Origin: Arcobacteraceae bacterium
GTDB taxonomy: Bacteria; Campylobacterota; Campylobacteria; Campylobacterales; Arcobacteraceae
Length of the DNA: 64,000 bases
Assembly: GCA_965224485.1 (NCBI GenBank)
Contig: CBDCZH010000023.1
Coordinates: 40,376 to 104,375 of the forward strand
Reading direction: 5' to 3'
This document shows, piece after piece, positions 49,367 through 58,601 of the stretch (positions within the stretch are counted from its first letter, which is position 1; every line of letters starts with the position of its first letter). Under the pieces are notes generated by a model. It was given only the letters and a program-made list of their open reading frames with translations, had not been told where the DNA came from and searched no databases. The translations under genes were made by a program, and so were the position numbers.

Positions 49367-49825
49367 ATATTTCTCCTTAAATAATCTTTTCGATTATTAT
49401 TATATCTGTTTTTTCATAATTAGAACCCAATTATAAAAGAATGTTATTTATTAATTGTAATAAAGTTACTTTACGTTTTTATCTTCAGTCAAAAAGGTTA
49501 CAAATCGAAATGGCTGCATAGATAATTATTTCTTTGCCATGTTTAGGGTTGCTCTATCGCAACAGCAAAAGACACTAAAACCAGACAAGCCTAGCAAAAA
49601 ACTAAATAGAAAACACAGTAAATATGATGAGACTTTTGGGTCAAAGTATAACTGTTATCAAGTAGCCAAAGGTGCAAAAGTAAGTTATAACACTGCTTGC
49701 AAATACAAAGACTTTATTCTTCAAAACAGCTAAAAATAATATCTTATTTTTAAATAAATATTTATTACTTAAAGTGATTTTTTTATTTTTTGTGGTAATA
49801 TTTTGCAACTTAAAGGACAAAATAT

Positions 49826-51046
49826 ATGAGAAACTTTATTAGCTACGATACTTCATTAGAAATTTTAAACAAACTTAACTTTAGTAAAAAATCAAAAGAA
49901 AAACTTTTTATATCAAATGCAAGAAATAGAGTTTTATGTGATGATATAATAGCAGATCATAACAGCCCTGCTTTTGTAACTTCTGCTATGGATGGTTATG
50001 CTATAAAACATGAAGATTTACAAATAAAAAAAATCAAAATCATTGCAAATAACCCAGCTGGTGAAGTTGTACAAGCTTGTGTAAGTAATAAGGTTTGTAT
50101 TAAAACTTTTACAGGCTCACTTATGCCAAAAGGTGCTGATACCTTAATACCTATTGAAAATGTGGAAGTAATTAATGGGGAAATTCATATTAAAAAAGAA
50201 GTACCCTTAGGTTTTGCTATTAGAAAGGTAGGTGAAAACTATAAAGAAAATGAAGTATTAATTAAAAAAGATACTATTATAGGTTTTGCTGAAATAGGAG
50301 TTTTAGCTTCTTTAAATATAGCCCAAGTATATGTATATAAAAAACCAGTAGTTGCAGTTGCTAGTACTGGAAGTGAAATTTTAGACCTAGGTGAAGTTCA
50401 AACAAATGATTCACAAATAAGAAGTTCAAATCATTTAACAATTGAAGCCTTATGTAATAAAGCAGGTGCAAATACTTTACAATTAGGAATTGTAAAAGAT
50501 GATATAACTTCAATTACAAATCTTATGACCTCTGCTTTAAAAGATTGCGATATTCTTGTAACAACAGGTGGAGTATCTGTTGGTGATTATGATTTTGTAC
50601 AAGATGTTATAAAAGATAAGTTAAAAGCTGATGTTTTATTTCATGGAGTAATTATTAAACCAGGAATGCACATCTTAATTGCAAAAAAAGATGAAAAACT
50701 AATCATTGCCCTTCCTGGTTTTGCTTACTCTTCAACTGTTTGTGCTATTTTATACGTACTTCCTATGATTTATAAACTAGAAGGCGCAAATAAATCCTTA
50801 CCTCTTGTAAAAGCTAGAATAGCTCAAGATTATAAGCTAAAAATGCCAAAAACTATTTTTACTGCTTGTAATGTAAAATATGAAAATAATGAATATAAAA
50901 TAGATTTTGAAGGTAAAAAACAAGGTACTAGTGCAATTTTGACAAATATGCTAGAAAGCCCTGCTTTGTTAATTCAAAAGCAAGACTCAAAAGATATAAA
51001 AGCTAATGATTTAGTAGATATTTTATTATTAAATGAACTAAAATAA
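49826..51046 (+). CDS. moeA: Molybdopterin molybdenumtransferase
   Basis: 406 aa. SAMDGYA motif, MoCF-biosynthesis domain (TGSEIL, LVTTGGVSVGDYDF). Confidence 0.88.
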   Translation: MRNFISYDTSLEILNKLNFSKKSKEKLFISNARNRVLCDDIIADHNSPAFVTSAMDGYAIKHEDLQIKKIKIIANNPAGEVVQACVSNKVCIKTFTGSLMPKGADTLIPIENVEVINGEIHIKKEVPLGFAIRKVGENYKENEVLIKKDTIIGFAEIGVLASLNIAQVYVYKKPVVAVASTGSEILDLGEVQTNDSQIRSSNHLTIEALCNKAGANTLQLGIVKDDITSITNLMTSALKDCDILVTTGGVSVGDYDFVQDVIKDKLKADVLFHGVIIKPGMHILIAKKDEKLIIALPGFAYSSTVCAILYVLPMIYKLEGANKSLPLVKARIAQDYKLKMPKTIFTACNVKYENNEYKIDFEGKKQGTSAILTNMLESPALLIQKQDSKDIKANDLVDILLLNELK

Positions 51047-51047
51047 A

Positions 51048-51947
51048 ATGAAAGCTACAAAAGTATATATATTAATAAGCTTATGTGTACTTTTTTGGTC
51101 TGGAAATTTTATAATTGGAAAGTTTATACATACAGAAATAGAAGCTATTGAACTAGCTTTTTTTAGATGGAGCTTTACTCTTTTATTTATTTTACCCACA
51201 CTATTTTTTATAGATATAAAAAGAATACTTAACGTTTATAAAAAAAATATTTTTATTATTACTCTATTGGCTTTTTTAGGAATCACTTTATTCAATACTA
51301 TTGTTTATACTGCTTTAAAAAGTACAAGTGCTACAAATGCTTTATTAATTAATTCAAGCACGCCTTTAATTATATTGCTTTTATCTTCTTTAATATTTAA
51401 AAATTTTATTTCAAAATTACAAATTTTAGGAATAGTAATTTCTACTATAGGAGTTGTTTTTTTAGTGTTAAAAGGCGATTTTTTAAATATTTTAGACTTA
51501 TCTTATCATGCTGGTGATTTTTGGATTATTATTTCCTCTTTTTGCTGGGCTTTATACTCAGTTTTAGTAAAACTTAAACCTAAAGAGCTTAACTTTTATG
51601 AGTTCTTTATTCTTATTGTATTTATTGGTTTTATTCTACTTTTACCTCTATATTTATATCAAAACTACTCTATAGAACAAGAAATCAAACAAGTTAAAAA
51701 CTTTTGGTACTTTTTTATCTATATTTCTTTTTTCACATCAATTTTATCTTATTATTTTTGGAATATAGGAATTGAAGAAATAGGAGCCTCTAAAACAGGA
51801 CAATTTACACATCTTATGCCTATTTTTGGCTCGATTTTAGCCTTTGTTTTTTTAAAAGAAAGTTTAGAACTTTATCATATTTTAGGAGCTACTTTAATAG
51901 CTTTTGGAATTTATTTATCCTTATTTATAAAAAAAGCAACTAAGTAG
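51048..51947 (+). CDS. EamA/DMT family transporter
   Basis: 299 aa, 10 TM segments, starts 1 nt after the moeA stop. Confidence 0.75.
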   Translation: MKATKVYILISLCVLFWSGNFIIGKFIHTEIEAIELAFFRWSFTLLFILPTLFFIDIKRILNVYKKNIFIITLLAFLGITLFNTIVYTALKSTSATNALLINSSTPLIILLLSSLIFKNFISKLQILGIVISTIGVVFLVLKGDFLNILDLSYHAGDFWIIISSFCWALYSVLVKLKPKELNFYEFFILIVFIGFILLLPLYLYQNYSIEQEIKQVKNFWYFFIYISFFTSILSYYFWNIGIEEIGASKTGQFTHLMPIFGSILAFVFLKESLELYHILGATLIAFGIYLSLFIKKATK

Positions 51948-51955
51948 TTCTTTAT

Positions 51956-53185
51956 TTAAGAAACACTTAGTATTTTACAATTACATAAATCACTACTTTC
52001 ATATTTTGTTTTCTCATCCGCTTTTAATCCTGGATAAGGAAAAAGTCTAACAGTTAGAGGTTTATTTAATCTGTAAGCATAAGTTCCAGTATCTCTCATC
52101 AACGCAGCTATTTTCTTATTTGTTGTATTTCCAGGAATTGGAACAGTATCTAAACCTATTCCACAAACAGCAGAATTAGCAAGTAAATCCTTAATATCAT
52201 ATTTGTTTTTACTAACATCTTTTGCTAAACCCCGATCTTCAATAACTGCTAACATAAGACCAGAAAAACCAACTAAAGGCATATTTTTAACTCCTTTGAA
52301 GACTTTTGTTAATAAAGAAGAAACTTCTATACTTCCAGAGTTTCCAAAATGTTTAACTCCTAATAACTTATAAACATCAATCATAGAAGAACACTCTTTT
52401 GAAGGAGCTGCTGAAGAATCAAGTCCTACAAAATTAAAACCTTTTAATGAAGTTGTTTTTAAAAGTTTTTTTATATTATTTACATGATATTGCAAGGCTT
52501 CACTCATTTTAATAGAAGCTAGTTTAAAAAACTCATTATGTTTTTCACTTGTATATTTAAAAGGAAGATTTTTTAAAACATTAACTAATAAATCAGGTGT
52601 TTCTAAACCTAGTACAAAAGAGTTTTGTGAACTTGAATTAAAATAAGAGGCTGGAAAATAAGGAATAAACTCTTTACAATTAAAATTAACAGTAAAGTTA
52701 AAATTACCCTCACCTCTTGGTGTTATTTTAGAAATTCTCTTAACTGCTATTGCACAATGTTTAATAAGTTCATTATCTAAAACCCCAGAACTATCAAGTT
52801 TTACATTAACACAAGCATTGCATAAATCCCCATAATCTCGAATAAGTTCAGGAAGTAAGGCTATTTCTTCATACGTTTTAGCCTCCCCAATTGCAAAACG
52901 GATTCTTAGTTTAGAGTCATTTAATTTATCTAAGATTGTTTTTATAAAAGATAAGTCTTTTTTAGAATCTGCTAATGAGCTAGTATTTAAATACTCTCCA
53001 AAAGCATTTGTAACTATACGAATACTTTGTACTTCATAATCATTTTTATTAAACGTTTTACTTAATTTTTTACAGAAATAATAAGCTTTTTTAAGTTCAA
53101 AGTCCCAGGTGTTTTTATCTTTTTTAAGTGTTAAAAAAGTTGTAATTGTTCTTATTTTACAAAGCTCTTTATTTTTATAAGTCAT
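51956..53185 (-). CDS. DUF711 (UPF0210) family protein
   Basis: Start moved to ATG 53185 (MTYKNKELCKIRTITTF) behind AAGGA. Its ~409 aa and the IRTIT N-terminus are typical of UPF0210. Confidence 0.55.
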   Translation of the reverse strand: MTYKNKELCKIRTITTFLTLKKDKNTWDFELKKAYYFCKKLSKTFNKNDYEVQSIRIVTNAFGEYLNTSSLADSKKDLSFIKTILDKLNDSKLRIRFAIGEAKTYEEIALLPELIRDYGDLCNACVNVKLDSSGVLDNELIKHCAIAVKRISKITPRGEGNFNFTVNFNCKEFIPYFPASYFNSSSQNSFVLGLETPDLLVNVLKNLPFKYTSEKHNEFFKLASIKMSEALQYHVNNIKKLLKTTSLKGFNFVGLDSSAAPSKECSSMIDVYKLLGVKHFGNSGSIEVSSLLTKVFKGVKNMPLVGFSGLMLAVIEDRGLAKDVSKNKYDIKDLLANSAVCGIGLDTVPIPGNTTNKKIAALMRDTGTYAYRLNKPLTVRLFPYPGLKADEKTKYESSDLCNCKILSVS

Positions 53186-53303
53186 TTTAATCCTTCGTAT
53201 AATACACATAATAATTTATTTGCAATATTTAATATATAATATCTAAATTTATTTATTTTAATACATCTTTGTATGTTATACTTTATAAACTATTGGAGTT
53301 TTT

Positions 53304-54542
53304 ATGAAAAAAGATATAATAATTATAGGTGGCGGAATTGTTGGTTTAATGAGCGCATATTTTTTATGTAAAAGCAATAAAGAAATCACAGTAATCGATA
53401 AAAACGATATAAGCTCTGGAACATCTTTTGGAAATGCAGGTCTGCTTTCAGCTTTTAGTAAAAATCCCCTAAGCTCTCCTGGAGTCTTATTGGATACTTT
53501 TAAACTAATGTTAAAAGGAGAATCTCCTGTTAATCTACACCCTAGTTTAGATTTAAACCTTTATAAGTGGTTATCTTCTTTTGCTTTTAATTCAAATGAA
53601 AAAAGACTAAGAAAAACCCTAGCTTTATTTGAAAAGTATGGCAAAATATCCCTTGATTCTTATAAAAAAATGAACAAAAAAGATAAAATGGACTTTTATT
53701 TTAGACAAGATGGTCTTCTAATGATTTATACAGAGCAAAAAAGTTTTGATAAAAAAATAAACTTATGCCAAAATAATGAGAAATATAAGATTTTAAATAA
53801 AGAAGAAACAAAAGAGTATATGCCTTGTGTAAATGATAAAATAATAGGTTCTATTTTATTAAAACAAAATGGACACTTAGATCCAGGCCTACTTATGCTT
53901 GAGCTTAAAAACTATTTGATAAATAAAGGCGTAGAGTTTATTTATAATGAAGAAGTGCAAAAACTTGAATTTTCAAATTCTAAATTAAATAAAATACATA
54001 CTCAAAATAAATCATATAAAGCAAATACTTTTATTATAAGTACAGGAGCAAATTCTACTTTAGCTTCACAAGCAAAAAGCTCTTTTTTACTTACAAAAGC
54101 AAAAGGTTATTCTTTAACTTTTATAATGAAAGAAGATCTAAGACCTAAAACTGCTGCTTTATTTGCTGATTTATTTATAGCAATGACTCCAAGAGAAAAA
54201 ACAGTAAGAATAACTTCTAAGTTAGAATTAGGCTCGAATAATGAAGAAATAGTAAAAAAACAAATAAATAGTATTAAGCATAATTTATCTTTATATACTA
54301 AAGATTTTTTATATGAAGATTGCATAGAATGGACAGGATTTAGACCACTTACTCCTAATGATATGCCAATTTTAGGTTTTGATGAACAATATTCAAACTT
54401 AGTTCACGCAACTGGTTTAGGCTGGTTAGGAATTACATTTGGGCCAGCTGTTGGAAAAATCATAGCTGAACTTATACTTGAGCATAAAGAAAATAAAAAC
54501 TCTGATGATATTTTACTTTTTTCTCAGTTTTATCAAGTATAA
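53304..54542 (+). CDS. FAD-dependent oxidoreductase (D-amino acid dehydrogenase-like)
   Basis: 412 aa. IIIIGGGIVGLMSAYFL dinucleotide motif. An intact paralog of the broken gene at 35406..36668. Confidence 0.75.
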   Translation: MKKDIIIIGGGIVGLMSAYFLCKSNKEITVIDKNDISSGTSFGNAGLLSAFSKNPLSSPGVLLDTFKLMLKGESPVNLHPSLDLNLYKWLSSFAFNSNEKRLRKTLALFEKYGKISLDSYKKMNKKDKMDFYFRQDGLLMIYTEQKSFDKKINLCQNNEKYKILNKEETKEYMPCVNDKIIGSILLKQNGHLDPGLLMLELKNYLINKGVEFIYNEEVQKLEFSNSKLNKIHTQNKSYKANTFIISTGANSTLASQAKSSFLLTKAKGYSLTFIMKEDLRPKTAALFADLFIAMTPREKTVRITSKLELGSNNEEIVKKQINSIKHNLSLYTKDFLYEDCIEWTGFRPLTPNDMPILGFDEQYSNLVHATGLGWLGITFGPAVGKIIAELILEHKENKNSDDILLFSQFYQV

Positions 54543-54563
54543 GAACGACAAAAATTATAAAAT

Positions 54564-55337
54564 CTATTTTCCTCTATAAAGCATATAAGGATTTCTTTGT
54601 GCAGTTGGCATAATATCAAGATATTGAATATTTATATGTTTTGCTGTATTTAAAACATTTATTATAACATCTGATATGTCACTAGCCATTAAAGGTGTAA
54701 AACCTTCATAAACTGCATTTATCTTGTCTTTATCATCTTTAAATCTTACATTTGAAAAGTTTGTTCGCACAGCTCCTGGTGCAATAGTTGTTACTTTTAC
54801 ATTAGTTCCATACAAATCAACATTCATACTCTCACCTAAAGAGTGTACAGCTGCTTTACTTGAACAATATACATTTCCATTAGGATAAGCAGTTTTACCT
54901 GCAACTGAACCTATATTGATTATATGAGCAGTTTCTAAAGGTCTCATTTGAGGAATTATTGCTTTTGATACATATAATAATCCCTTAATATTTGTATCAA
55001 TCATATCATCCCACTCTTGCTCACAACCCTCATCTATTTTCTCTAATCCTAAAGCCAAACCAGCATTATTTATTAAAAAATCAACTTGATTATCTTTTAA
55101 AAATAGTTTTAAAGATGAAGAAACAGCCTCTTTATTACTTACATCAAACTGTAAAATAGAAATTTTAATATCATGATTTTTTAAGATTTCTTCTTTAATT
55201 TCTTCAAGCTTTTTATAATTTCTTGCCACTAAAACAAGTGAAGTTTGCATACTTGCTAAATCAAAGGCTAATTGCTTCCCTATTCCAGATGTAGCTCCTG
55301 TAATTAAAGCTGTTTTATTCATAATATAATTTTTCAT
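54564..55337 (-). CDS. Short-chain dehydrogenase/reductase (YdfG-like)
   Basis: TGATSGIG, NNAG and catalytic YCSSKAAV. ATG 55322 (MNKTALITG) is the likelier start. Confidence 0.85.
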   Translation of the reverse strand: MKNYIMNKTALITGATSGIGKQLAFDLASMQTSLVLVARNYKKLEEIKEEILKNHDIKISILQFDVSNKEAVSSSLKLFLKDNQVDFLINNAGLALGLEKIDEGCEQEWDDMIDTNIKGLLYVSKAIIPQMRPLETAHIINIGSVAGKTAYPNGNVYCSSKAAVHSLGESMNVDLYGTNVKVTTIAPGAVRTNFSNVRFKDDKDKINAVYEGFTPLMASDISDVIINVLNTAKHINIQYLDIMPTAQRNPYMLYRGK

Positions 55338-55383
55338 TTTATACCTTTTAATTCTTGTTTTATCATAGCCAAATCAATATTTA

Positions 55384-55608
55384 TTAATCTTTTATAAGCA
55401 CAACATTAAACTTCTTAACCATTGGAATTATAAAAAGTACAGAAGGAAAAGCAACTAACCATGCTTTCCACCAAGCACTTGCCCAAATAAATAAAAAGTT
55501 ATTTAAGAAGCCTAAGTTTACTAGAACTAAAACACCTGATATAACAAAAGACATAAACATTGTAACTAAAAGACTAAATACATAAAATTCATATTTTTTA
55601 CTTATCAT
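55384..55608 (-). CDS. DUF2798 family small membrane protein
   Basis: 74 aa, two TM helices. Length and pattern are typical. Confidence 0.5.
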   Translation of the reverse strand: MISKKYEFYVFSLLVTMFMSFVISGVLVLVNLGFLNNFLFIWASAWWKAWLVAFPSVLFIIPMVKKFNVVLIKD

Positions 55609-55981
55609 TTTTTACTTCTTCAAATAACTCTTTTGCTACAAACATAGCATTTAAAGCACAAGGGAAACCTCCATACACAGACATTTGCATTATTATTTCA
55701 ACAATTTCTGCTTTTGTACACCCTACATTTAAACCAGCTTGAATATGAACTTTTAACTGAGCTGCTGCATTTCCCATAACAGTGAGTGCTGCAATTGTTG
55801 CAATTTCACGTGATTTCAAATCTAAATTTTCTCTTGTATAAATATCACCAAAAGGAAATTCTATTAATAAATCAGCAAAATCTGGTGCAATATCTTTTAA
55901 AGAATTTATAACTTTCTGTCCAGCTTCTCCATCTACTTCTTTTAATTTATTCCAACCATCAATATATCTTTGTGATTTCAT
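55598..55981 (-). CDS. Carboxymuconolactone decarboxylase family protein
   Basis: 127 aa. FGDIYTRENLDLKSREIATIAAL...EIIMQMSVYGGFP is typical of the CMD/AhpD-like fold. Confidence 0.7.
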   Translation of the reverse strand: MKSQRYIDGWNKLKEVDGEAGQKVINSLKDIAPDFADLLIEFPFGDIYTRENLDLKSREIATIAALTVMGNAAAQLKVHIQAGLNVGCTKAEIVEIIMQMSVYGGFPCALNAMFVAKELFEEVKNDK

Positions 55982-56283
55982 TATTTATCCTTTTTTATTG
56001 ATTTTTTCATTTTAATTACTTCTACAGGATTAAAAAGCCACTTATTATATTTTTCAAAAAGTTCTTTTGTGTAAGATTTATCATGATGTATACGTAAGCA
56101 AGATTCATCTCTCCATTCTTCATGAAGATATAAAAAACTCCCATCATCATAAAGTTCAAAGTTTAAACAACCTTCTTCTTTTTGTGTAGGTTCTAAAATA
56201 TTAAGAAGTGCTTTTTTTGCTCTTTTGAAGTATTTCTCTTTGGGATTGATTGTTGCAAATATAAATAAACTTTTATTAATCAT
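55981..56283 (-). CDS. Antibiotic biosynthesis monooxygenase (ABM) family protein
   Basis: 100 aa ferredoxin-like. ..EEGCLNFELYDD...LHEEWRDESCLRIHHD... Confidence 0.6.
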   Translation of the reverse strand: MINKSLFIFATINPKEKYFKRAKKALLNILEPTQKEEGCLNFELYDDGSFLYLHEEWRDESCLRIHHDKSYTKELFEKYNKWLFNPVEVIKMKKSIKKDK

Positions 56284-56354
56284 TTTCTAACTCCTTTTGT
56301 TTAAAGAAGGATAGTAAAATTAAAAAATTAAAAGTATAAGAAAAGTTCTAAGAT

Positions 56355-57077
56355 TTATAAGTTTTGTGTTCTATATAAAAAAGGAGTAGTTTTATAATAT
56401 TTTTTAAATTGGATTATAAACCAAGATACAGTTGAGTATCCACAAGATGTAGCTATTGAAGTTATTGATTTCTCTGTATTTTTAAGTAAGGAAACTGCTT
56501 TCTCTAATCTTCTTTTATCTAACCACTGTTTTGGCTTTTCATTATAAAGAGTAAGCATCTCTTTTCGTAAAACAGCATTACTAAGCCTAGTTAGTTTACA
56601 CATATCACTTACATCATTTATAATATCTAAGTTTGATTCTAAAATATATTTTATTCTTGAAGATTTTGTATTTATTATCTGCTTTAAAAAAGACAAAAAT
56701 AGTTTTTTATCTTTTGCTAAGGTATATAAAAATATTTCATGAGTTTTTAACTTCAATAAATCAATTTTATTTTCAATATCATATAAGAAATACTCATTTA
56801 TATTCGAGATACAAGAACTTATAAATAAGTCTCGTTTTATATTTATAAGTAAATTTTCTTCTTTTACATCTATTCTTATCTTATACTTTTTTATAAAATC
56901 TATTACAAAAGCATCATCAAAAAATATCAATAAAGATTCAAAACTATTCTCATGATTTATTTTTTCACTCATAAAGTAATTATTTTGAGCTAAAAATAAA
57001 ATTTCACTTGTATCTATTTGCATATCTTTATTCTCTAAATGCAATACTTTGGAACCTTTATTTAACATAATCATCAT
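56355..57077 (-). CDS. AraC family transcriptional regulator (N-terminal 41 codons probably in another frame, 57074..57199)
   Basis: 240 aa, C-terminal double HTH (ITSIATSCGYSTVSWFIIQFKKYYKTTPFLYR). An upstream ORF MENINLPNYILENEDKYKIISNNYRSQYF.. starts at ATG 57199 and would fuse if the plus A6 run 57111-57116 were A7. Confidence 0.8.
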   Translation of the reverse strand: MMIMLNKGSKVLHLENKDMQIDTSEILFLAQNNYFMSEKINHENSFESLLIFFDDAFVIDFIKKYKIRIDVKEENLLINIKRDLFISSCISNINEYFLYDIENKIDLLKLKTHEIFLYTLAKDKKLFLSFLKQIINTKSSRIKYILESNLDIINDVSDMCKLTRLSNAVLRKEMLTLYNEKPKQWLDKRRLEKAVSLLKNTEKSITSIATSCGYSTVSWFIIQFKKYYKTTPFLYRTQNL

Positions 57078-57207
57078 ATGAGTAATACGAAGTAAGGACT
57101 TATCTTTTCTAAAAAATATTGACTTCTATAATTATTACTTATAATTTTATATTTGTCTTCATTTTCAAGTATATAATTTGGTAAATTTATATTTTCCATT
57201 ATTAGCT

Positions 57208-57444
57208 TTATTTATTGTCTTTAAGATTATTAATCATTGAAATATATAGTTTTTCTACTTTAGTTCTTGCCCAAGATGTTTTTCTTAAAAACTTTAAACT
57301 TGATTTGATAGAAGGGTCTATTGAGAAACAATTAATTTTAATACGTTGATCTAAACCTTCCCAAGTATAATGTTTTTCTAACTCTATTAAGATTTTTTCT
57401 AAGGTCATACCATGAAGTGGGTTATTTTTATTTTTATCTTCCAT
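57208..57444 (-). CDS. VF530/DUF2132 family small DNA-binding protein
   Basis: 78 aa, [33 protein letters not shown]...[18 protein letters not shown]. Confidence 0.6.
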   Translation of the reverse strand: MEDKNKNNPLHGMTLEKILIELEKHYTWEGLDQRIKINCFSIDPSIKSSLKFLRKTSWARTKVEKLYISMINNLKDNK

Positions 57445-57491
57445 TTATCTTTTCTTTTTTAATATTTATTTTTATAATAGCAAAGTTTGAG

Positions 57492-58598
57492 TTAAGAACA
57501 ACAAGAGTCTTTTTTCTTAGAAAATTTTTCTTTAAAAAGATGATAAGAAATCAAAATCAACATTAAAAGTGAGGAAAGTGAGCTAAAAAATGATGTTTCA
57601 TCCATATCATGTGATATATTTAAGATATTTAAATCAGAGAAAAAAGTATCAAAAGCAAAACCAAAAACAAGAGCTAAAGAAGCAATGGTGCTTACATAAA
57701 CAATTAATGCTTTTTTTCCAAGCATTTTATAAACAACACTCATAGTAACAGCAGAAGTAGCTGGCCCAGCTGTTAAAAAAATAAAAACAGCACCAGCACT
57801 CATACCTTGTAGCATTAAAGCAGCAGCTAGAGGTAAAGAAGCTGTTGCACAAGTATATAAAGGCATAGCAAAAAGTAAAATTACTATATATGTTAATACT
57901 TGATTATCAAAAAGAAGTTTTGCATACTCTTGGGGCATAAAAGTTGTAAATAAAGCACCTAAAAGAAGTCCAATTAATAAAGACTTTGCCATATCTTTAA
58001 ATAAAACACCATACCCATAAGTAAAAACTTCTTTAAGGCTAAAAGATTTTTTCTTAGACTTTTTACTAAAATTAGAACTAGAAAAAACTAGGTTTTCACT
58101 TTTGGTTAAAGAGTCTGGTTTAGAGATAGTAAAAACCTTAGTTTTTAGTTTTGTTGAACTCTTTACGTTATCAACAATATTATCTTCTTTTTCAAAAAAG
58201 TTTTGAAGAAGTCCCACTATTATTGCAATGATAAGAGAACTTATAATTCTAAAAGCTGTAAAAATAAGACCAAAAAAAGAAAAAGTGGCAAGAATTGAAT
58301 CAACCCCAGTTATTGGAGCAGAAATTAAAAAACTTTGAACAGAACCTTTAGAAGCCCCTTCTTTTCTTAAACTTTGAGCTAAAGGAATAACAGAACAAGA
58401 ACAAACAGGTAAAGGAATACCAAAAATTGTAGCTTTGAGAACAGAAGAAGTTGAACTTTTTCCTAAATGTGAAGATACAAAATTATCAGGAACTACTTGT
58501 TTTAAAACACCAGCAATTCCTAGACCTAAAATTACATATAAACTCATAGCATCTAAGAGTTTTAAAAAGTTCATAACAAATTCTAAGGTTAAACTCAT
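57492..58598 (-). CDS. ArsP/DUF318-type permease (putative metal efflux)
   Basis: 368 aa polytopic. PLPVCSCSVIPLAQSL motif and C-terminal DSCCS. Confidence 0.6.
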   Translation of the reverse strand: MSLTLEFVMNFLKLLDAMSLYVILGLGIAGVLKQVVPDNFVSSHLGKSSTSSVLKATIFGIPLPVCSCSVIPLAQSLRKEGASKGSVQSFLISAPITGVDSILATFSFFGLIFTAFRIISSLIIAIIVGLLQNFFEKEDNIVDNVKSSTKLKTKVFTISKPDSLTKSENLVFSSSNFSKKSKKKSFSLKEVFTYGYGVLFKDMAKSLLIGLLLGALFTTFMPQEYAKLLFDNQVLTYIVILLFAMPLYTCATASLPLAAALMLQGMSAGAVFIFLTAGPATSAVTMSVVYKMLGKKALIVYVSTIASLALVFGFAFDTFFSDLNILNISHDMDETSFFSSLSSLLMLILISYHLFKEKFSKKKDSCCS

Positions 58599-58601
58599 TC
58601 T

